DNA from: Laetmonice hystrix
Taxonomy: Eukaryota
DNA length: 64,000 bases
Reading direction: 5' to 3'
Assembly (NCBI GenBank): GCA_965235115.1
Contig: OZ249437.1
Coordinates: 6,324,001-6,388,000 of the forward strand
The translations under genes were made by a program, and so were the position numbers. Below the pieces are notes generated by a model. The model searched no databases. It saw only the letters and a program-made list of their open reading frames with translations, and was not told the origin of the DNA. Below are positions 63,713-64,000 of this stretch, in pieces. Position 1 is the first letter of the stretch. Each line of letters opens with the position of its first letter.

Positions 63713-64000
63713 CCCGATAGCAGGCCCGACCCTCTTCAATAGTTATACCGGCAATGCCTACGTTACTCGCCGCATGTAGGCTATAGACCTATAATAGGCC
63801 AAGTACACAAACGTGAACAAACAGAAAAAGAGAGGGACGGCAAGTTTAGTTATTGACCGGCAGGGAACACATAGCAATCAGTCTAAGTTTAACGGTAGAA
63901 TTGTCTTTCTTTGTCCGAGTTCTTTATCCTTTTATGGAAGATACAGGAGAAGATCTATGCATGTGGCGCCCACAGAGGACATCAGGCAGATGGTGTCCAA

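Overview
Eukaryotic (metazoan, probably spiralian/annelid-like) genomic DNA with six N-gaps. There are no prokaryotic genes, rRNA or CRISPR arrays. The coding content I can support is two convergently transcribed paralogous type I membrane-protein genes with matching exon layout and intron phases: SUEL/rhamnose-binding-lectin-fold domain, CUB domain, sushi-like 4-Cys module, short linker, TM, and a Tyr-motif tail containing HIYE(S/K)P. Gene A (+) has 7 coding exons over 17420-39233 and assembles by hand to a 500-aa ORF. Gene B (-) has 6 exons over 54922-48230; its signal-peptide exon was not found. The rest is intron or intergenic DNA containing nine minisatellite arrays, a Harbinger element with nested insertions, TTAA (Kolobok-type) MITEs, a tRNA-derived SINE and microsatellites. 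The strongest unusual signal is a 28-copy minisatellite that reiterates the complete 3' splice site of gene A's lectin exon plus the first 25 exon nt. With the exon-1 donor, only the last acceptor gives an open reading frame. Several other arrays also carry reiterated splice signals, which is weaker evidence. All exon calls were made by eye and lack transcript support.
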